A stretch of DNA of 64,000 bases from Blepharisma stoltei ATCC 30299 (Eukaryota > Protista > Ciliophora): assembly GCA_965603825.1 (NCBI GenBank), contig CBFDEM010000047.1, positions 310,001 to 374,000 of the forward strand, given 5' to 3'. The notes beneath the pieces were generated by a model. It was not told where the DNA came from and did not search any database. It saw only the letters and a program-made list of their open reading frames with translations. Of the stretch, positions 58,570 through 64,000 are shown in pieces. The stretch's first letter is position 1. Each line of letters opens with the position of its first letter. Made by a program: the position numbers and the translations under genes.

Positions 58570-58818
58570 TTAATGCTGGATTTATTTTATATCATTATAT
58601 TGCTGTCTAGTTATTCATAAAGCTTACAAAATGAAAATTAGATGCTATGTGCTCAGAGATAACGGGGATATTATATTAATAGAATAATGTTTTAAATGTT
58701 ATATAATTGAGCTAGGTCAAGTGCTTCCAAATTCCTAAAATTTTGATTATTTAACTTGAGTTTAGTTTTAGCATTAATAGACATAATAAATCATAAAAAA
58801 ATGCAAAAAGTAATAAAT

Positions 58819-59736
58819 ATGCAAAAGCGCAGAGCAACGACAGAGCTGACACGAGAAGGCGAAGTGATCCCTCAATACGAAGAAGAAACTGTTGGCGAGG
58901 ACTCAACTCCTCAAGAAATCTCTCAACGAAAAATCTTCAGAGCACGAAGACCGCAAAAAGCAGCTCAGGCAGCTTCAACTGAGCCTACCAGTTTTAAGCT
59001 GAAAACACAGCTAGTTTCCGAAGACCTTGAGTCGAAGCTGCTTGAAGCCAAGCCAGCACAATTTAGTTTTCTGGATCTTCCAGACGTTGAAGTGAGAGAA
59101 GCATCGCCTGTTAAAGCTCCTCCACCTCCTCCACCCAAGCCAGTTGAGCCTATTCTAAAGACTCCTACCATTTCAGCATTCTCAGGGATACTTAAAGATC
59201 TTAAAGAGAAAAAGGAAGACGATATAGTCAGCAGTTTTATAAAAACCGCGTCAAGTCAGGAAGCTGCCCCACCTTCAGAATCTCCGAAGTTCCAGGACCC
59301 CATCAAACCAACCCAAACGAGTCATTTTGTATTAGTAGAAGGCAAACTTAGTGTAAATGGAGCATCTAGAGGAGAAGGATTTATCGAAATTGCTAGAGCA
59401 GACGTAGGGGAAAAGAAAGTGAATTTATTGATTTTTAGGAACTCGTTCAAGAGTATTATTTATCAAGCAGCTCTAGCAGAATCTTCCAGTTGAAAAGAAT
59501 GTGAAAAACAAGAAGAATCGGATGATGAGGAAGAAAAAGAGGAAGCTAGCATTGAAATTGTGGTTTATAGGAAAACAGACAAACTGAGGGCAGAAACTTG
59601 TAAAGTAAGGTGTGGAAAATTAAGCAAGATAAAATTGATGGAAGAACTGGAAAAGGTCAAGAAAGAGACTAAGAAGAACACAGACAAAGAAGAAATAAAA
59701 ACCAAAGATAAAAAACTCGAAGAGAAGGCCAAGTAA
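58819..59736 (+). CDS. NUP50/Nup2-like nucleoporin with a degenerate Ran-binding domain (alternative ATG at 58801)
   Basis: MQKRRATTELTRE...EISQRKIFRARR matches the NUP50 N-terminal importin-alpha-binding pattern. RGEG...LLIFRN resembles a RanBD. Confidence 0.7.
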
Positions 59737-60089
59737 ATGTCATCTTTAAGAATAAACATTTTTAGATTCTAAATAATGACAAGGACTGAGCTGAAAAACA
59801 ATTATTTAAGTAATAATCAGAAAATTATACCTATAATTAATCATGCAGAATAGAGCAAGAAAATAATTAAATCTTTATCTTCTTCAAATACTATGAAAAC
59901 ATGAGCTTTTAAAGATGTTCTCTCAAAATTGCAACTGAATAAATAATCTTTGTAATTGTTGCACTGCTATGCCTCATCGTTGTGAATTCTTATAAATGCG
60001 TTTCTCCAACTATAAATTAGCATAAAAATATGCGGAGAGGCTCAATCTTCCAGTGCAAAATCAGGTCAAAATAATAATTTTTATCTATT

Positions 60090-60995
60090 ATGGGAGAGGA
60101 GAACACAGGCTCTCTACAGAACGATTCACCGTTTCCTAGATCAAGCCTAAACCTTACAGAAATACCAGAGGATCAAGTTCCAGATTATTCCACAGAAACA
60201 ACTCGACAAATTTTATCTCGACTTGGCCCATACAATCCTCCTCCTGCACCTGAAGATTTAGCCTCAAGAATAAAGCTTGGTCCTGTTCAAGTCGAGAACC
60301 GTGCAATTTATATTGGAGAATGAAACCAAAAACAGCAGAAATGCGGCTTTGGTATCCAAATTTCTGCAGATGGAGCTCGATATGAAGGCTATTGAAAGGA
60401 AGACAAAGCCCATGGACAAGGAAGACTAATATACGCTGATGGCGATATATATGAAGGCGAGTGAAAAGAAAATAAAATGCAAGGAGAAGGCACTTATTGG
60501 AGAACAGATGGCTCTAGATACAAAGGAACGTTTGAAGATGGCCTTGAGCATGGATATGGGTTAGAGGCTTACCCTGATGGCGGACTTTATGAAGGCGAAT
60601 ATTTGAATGGGAAAAAGAACGGCAAAGGAAAATTTATATGGCCTGATGGGAGTGTATATGAAGGAGAGCTTCTTGATAATAATATTCATGGAATTGGGAC
60701 ATATACTTGGGCTGATGGAAGAAAATATGTTGGGGAGTGAGCGTTTAATAAGAAAAATGGAGCAGGGACTTTCACTACAAGCGATGGAAGCATTTACATA
60801 GGAGATCATAAAGACGACAAAAGGCATGGCCATGGAATGCTGGTTTGGCCAGATGGCAGCACTTACGAAGGTAGCTGAGTAAACGGAAAGCAGGATGGGC
60901 TTGGATTCTTCACAACAACTGCTGGAAAGAGAAAAGAAGGAGAATGGAGTGACGGAAAGCGAATAAGATGGATAGAAGATGCAAAACATAAATAG
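60090..60995 (+). CDS. MORN-repeat protein, 301 aa
   Basis: YIGE(W), YEGY(W)[13 protein letters not shown](W); five TGA at conserved Trp positions; TAG stop. Confidence 0.92.
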
Positions 60996-61300
60996 ATTTT
61001 GCTATAGAGTAAATTTTGTATTCGTTAATTCTTGGTTTAGCAAGAAGTTAAATAGAAACTTCTCTGAACTCGTTTTATTAAAAAATGTAAAATAATGGAT
61101 AATAAAATTTAATTCAGAACAGCTTACTTTCCTCCACGAATTATTTAGATTTATATTTTGATATTAAGCATATATATCTTCATAAAAGTGTGCTAAATAT
61201 TAAAATTAAAGCCATAATCGTGCTAAATACTTATAGATAATGCAGCGCAATAAGAAATAATTTAATCATATATTATTATAAATCATTGCCTATAGGTTTC

Positions 61301-61807
61301 ATGGCAGACAAAGAATTATACCTTCACCTGAAGTATAGCAGGCAAAGACGAAAAACAGTAATATCAAAAGCTTATGAGTTCTTATATGGGTCAGGTGCAG
61401 AAAAATACTTAAAAAAATCAAGAACGAAGAGGCACAAAAACTTAACTGAAAACTACCAGCCAATTCTGCTTCAGAAAGAAGATGTATTCCTAGACTGTGA
61501 AGAGATCGAAAAACCAATTCCTATTATAAAACAGCAAGGAAACCTTTTGAAACCTCGAAAGTCTAAAACTGAAACTGTAGCAAGCATATATCAAGATAAA
61601 ACGCTTTTGAAGAAAAATAAAGATGAAATAACCAAATCTTCAAGCGTGCTTAAAAGAAATGCATCGAATCGGTCAATCTCACCATTAATAAGCACAGTTT
61701 CTATATCTACACTACTTCTACATAGAAAAAAATCTGTCATTCAGTTCCGAGAATTTACTCCAGTTTTATTACACAAAAAAAAGCCTGAAATTAATAATAA
61801 TTTTTAA
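61301..61807 (+). CDS. Basic protein of unknown function, 168 aa
   Basis: Uninterrupted K/R-rich ORF with a TAA stop. Confidence 0.6.
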   Translation: MADKELYLHLKYSRQRRKTVISKAYEFLYGSGAEKYLKKSRTKRHKNLTENYQPILLQKEDVFLDCEEIEKPIPIIKQQGNLLKPRKSKTETVASIYQDKTLLKKNKDEITKSSSVLKRNASNRSISPLISTVSISTLLLHRKKSVIQFREFTPVLLHKKKPEINNNF

Positions 61808-61810
61808 AAT

Positions 61811-62275
61811 TTAGTGAATGCTGTTCAGATTGACTGTCATCTTAGCAAGCCAAATCAGTCCAAAAATAAAAAATACAAAAAATAGCAATAGGCTTATTTG
61901 CAATTTTTCTTGCTTATTTTCATCTAGTTTGGCTGGAGTTCATATTATTGAATCTTCATTACTTGCCGATTCTGGATCTTGCTGCTCTATTTCGTCTTCA
62001 GATAAATTTTCAGGATAGTTTTCAACAATTTCTTCATTCTTGAACAATAATTGATTTTTTGATGAAGATAAAGAAGGACATATAATATTTTTCACTAGCC
62101 ATAAGCCTAAGAGAAGCTTGAATTTTTTGTTTACTAATTCTTTGCATTCTTTCTCTTTGCAGTCAATTTCTCTTCTTTTATTTTCATACTCTTCAGGAGG
62201 AGGAAGTGTATTCTGGAGACAATCATTAACTGCGCCTAAAACATTGCCGGGCTTTCTTATTAAAGGGCTTTCCAT
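61811..62275 (-). CDS. Putative tail-anchored membrane protein, 154 aa
   Basis: Reading through TGA 61940-61942 adds LQISLLLFFVFFIFGLIWLA; TAA at 61811-61813. Confidence 0.65.
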
Positions 62276-62455
62276 TTATTATATATCATAAAGTAAAGTA
62301 ATTATAATTCATTTGAGGAGAAATATAAACTAATTCATTTAGATTTCATGAAAATATTGGTTAATCTCAAATAATTAAATATTGATTCATTGATCAATTT
62401 TAATAAAATGATTTTACTATGTTGTATCAAGAGGATTCAAGATCTTGAACTATTT

Positions 62456-63010
62456 TTACGTTTTAATCTTTGAGATTAAACCCCACAAACTCTTCAAAAA
62501 TAGAATAAAGTGAAATCTATCTCCCAATCTTGCGACCGAAGATCTATGAGAACCGAATTCCCTAATATAATTATGCCCCATCACTTCCCACGGATTAAAA
62601 TCATTCTCCCACTTTGATATATTTCTCTCAAACTCAACAGCATATACTTTATTATCAGCTGCAACAATATTAATTAATCTGAGGATTTCCTCTAATGGCA
62701 TATACAAAATTATCATAACAAGCAAATTCTAGCAATGCAGCATGTAGACTTTCAAGTGGGACAATGGGAAACGATTTCTATTGCTAAGAAAAAAAGCTTC
62801 GCCTAGACAGAAAATCCTGACTACATCTGTATAATAGCCTCCATAGAAAAAACTTAACTGTGAGGGATGATAGTTGAACCTCTTGCGTTTACAGCTGACG
62901 TGATTAGGGAGATAAAGATTCCTTGAATATAATTTGAAGGTTTTTAGGTCCAAAGTCATTAAATCATCATAGCCGTGCTTGATCCATAAGAGCTCGTGCG
63001 TTTCAATTGC
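62456..63010 (-). pseudogene. Degenerate Kelch-family gene remnant
   Basis: Kelch-like pieces in different frames (FFYGGY; ACYDNFVYAIRG; KVYAVE...W) with TAG/TAA interruptions. Confidence 0.5.
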
Positions 63011-63503
63011 GAAATCTAATATATATAGTGTATCAGCAGTTGAGATGCGCTTCGGAGTGATATTGATAGGATAATTTTGAGCAATTTGAGGAGAATATAT
63101 GTGCTTTTATCAAATGATATGAGTTTATCATCACTAGACTGTCCTTTACTAATTTTGTTTTGCTCGATTTAACTCTTATATAATTTATTCACCCTTATGC
63201 ACAATCCCAGTAGCTATTTTTGTGATCTTAAGCTAAAAATTGTATTGCAACAAAAGTGTAGCCGCCAAATGGTGTTTATAGGGGAAAAACCTATAACAAG
63301 TTTGCAAAATTCGACTTGGTTGTATACCCCATTTGGCAGGTATTTTTGGGTTGAAACTAACATCTCAGCTCATACCCCAAATGGCTCCCAAGGTGAACTT
63401 CTCAAGATTTAAGAGCTACATTTTATTATATTTTGCTATAAGTATTAGATCATTTAATAAATTTATTCTATATCAAAGCATTATAAAATAAAAGATGCTT
63501 TAT

Positions 63504-64000
63504 TTAGATTTTAACCATAACTTTTTGGGCTAAATTGAACTTGAAATACCTTTCCATCTTCAAACTCGTTACTATATATATAGCTCCTTTATTATATAAA
63601 TAATAAACTTGTGCAGGATTTTTACTAATTAATGAATTTCCTATTTGTTTTCAAGAATTTTCATCCCCTATTTCACTTTCATACACTTTCCCTCCACATT
63701 CAATCAGGTAAAATCTTTCTGCTTTGATCAGTAGTTTTCTTTTTTCTGCTGCGAAATTGAAAGGAATTTTTGTAAAAGAATTGCTAGTGATTGAGTACCT
63801 CAGAATGTTTTTATTTGCGTGTCCAGAAATAAAAATATTACCTTTAAAAGTTACGCAATGGCAATAGCAATCGCCTTGTGGCATTGGATTTAAATTGACC
63901 CATCTGTTTCCTTCCAAATCAAACCTTTTTGATAGCGTTGAGATGTTACCATTAGGATTTAAACCTCCGAAGCAGTAAACGTTTCTATTGTAATAAATAG
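63504..64000 (-). CDS. Kelch-repeat protein, 3' part (starts outside the window)
   Basis: YYNRNVYCFGG...RWVNLNPMP, IFISGH; TGA 63651-63653 read as Trp; TAA 63504-63506. Confidence 0.85.

Noticed and set aside
58801-58827. Possible intron GTAATAAATATGCAAAAG at the NUP50-like start
   Set aside because: It is 18 nt, lacks the TAG end and is not needed for the frame; alternative ATGs explain the sequence.
63197-63412. 71-aa plus-strand ORF
   Set aside because: It has no recognisable features and may be antisense to the decayed 5' part of the Kelch remnant.
1-64000. Many genes look like pseudogenes or split genes in the ORF track
   Set aside because: The breaks are in-frame TGA codons, many at conserved Trp sites, or 15-nt introns; the frames are continuous.
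1-64000. TGA as selenocysteine or cysteine, or a fully ambiguous Condylostoma-type code
   Set aside because: TGA aligns with Trp, including TGG in a paralog. No intact gene needs TAA/TAG as sense and none clearly ends in TGA.
1-64000. tRNA/rRNA genes, CCCTAACA telomeric repeats, transposases, CRISPR arrays
   Set aside because: None was recognisable on manual reading; a covariance-model scan would be needed to exclude small RNAs.

Overview
AT-rich, very gene-dense eukaryotic DNA, most likely the somatic (macronuclear) genome of a heterotrich ciliate of the Blepharisma type. Three sequence traits point to this. More than 50 in-frame TGA codons occur, many at conserved Trp positions (UGA=Trp). 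Every intact gene ends in TAA or TAG. Five 15-nt GTAA...TAG introns share an invariant A at position 10. The supplied standard-code ORF track therefore fragments most genes, so I re-joined them by hand. The window holds about 33 protein genes: WDR92, ULK4, UDP-sugar pyrophosphorylase, transportin-like, TFIIA-gamma, EMC3, CCT7, two NTH1 paralogs, TMEM234, Kelch proteins, a PWWP+TFIIS-N protein, kinases, an EF-hand protein, a lipase, GlnRS, AP-4 beta, TPK-like, RPS5, an Na+/H+ exchanger, kinesin-14, NUP50-like, two MORN proteins and two large secreted proteins. It also has a tandem TPR gene array with one pseudogenised copy. No tRNA, rRNA, transposase, telomere repeat or CRISPR array was seen. 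The most notable items are a hyper-acidic secreted protein with five copies of a domain I do not recognise, head-to-head genes only 11 and 22 bp apart, UGA avoidance in housekeeping genes, a mosaic TPR array with a palindrome-containing indel, and a LEDGF-like PWWP-TND protein.
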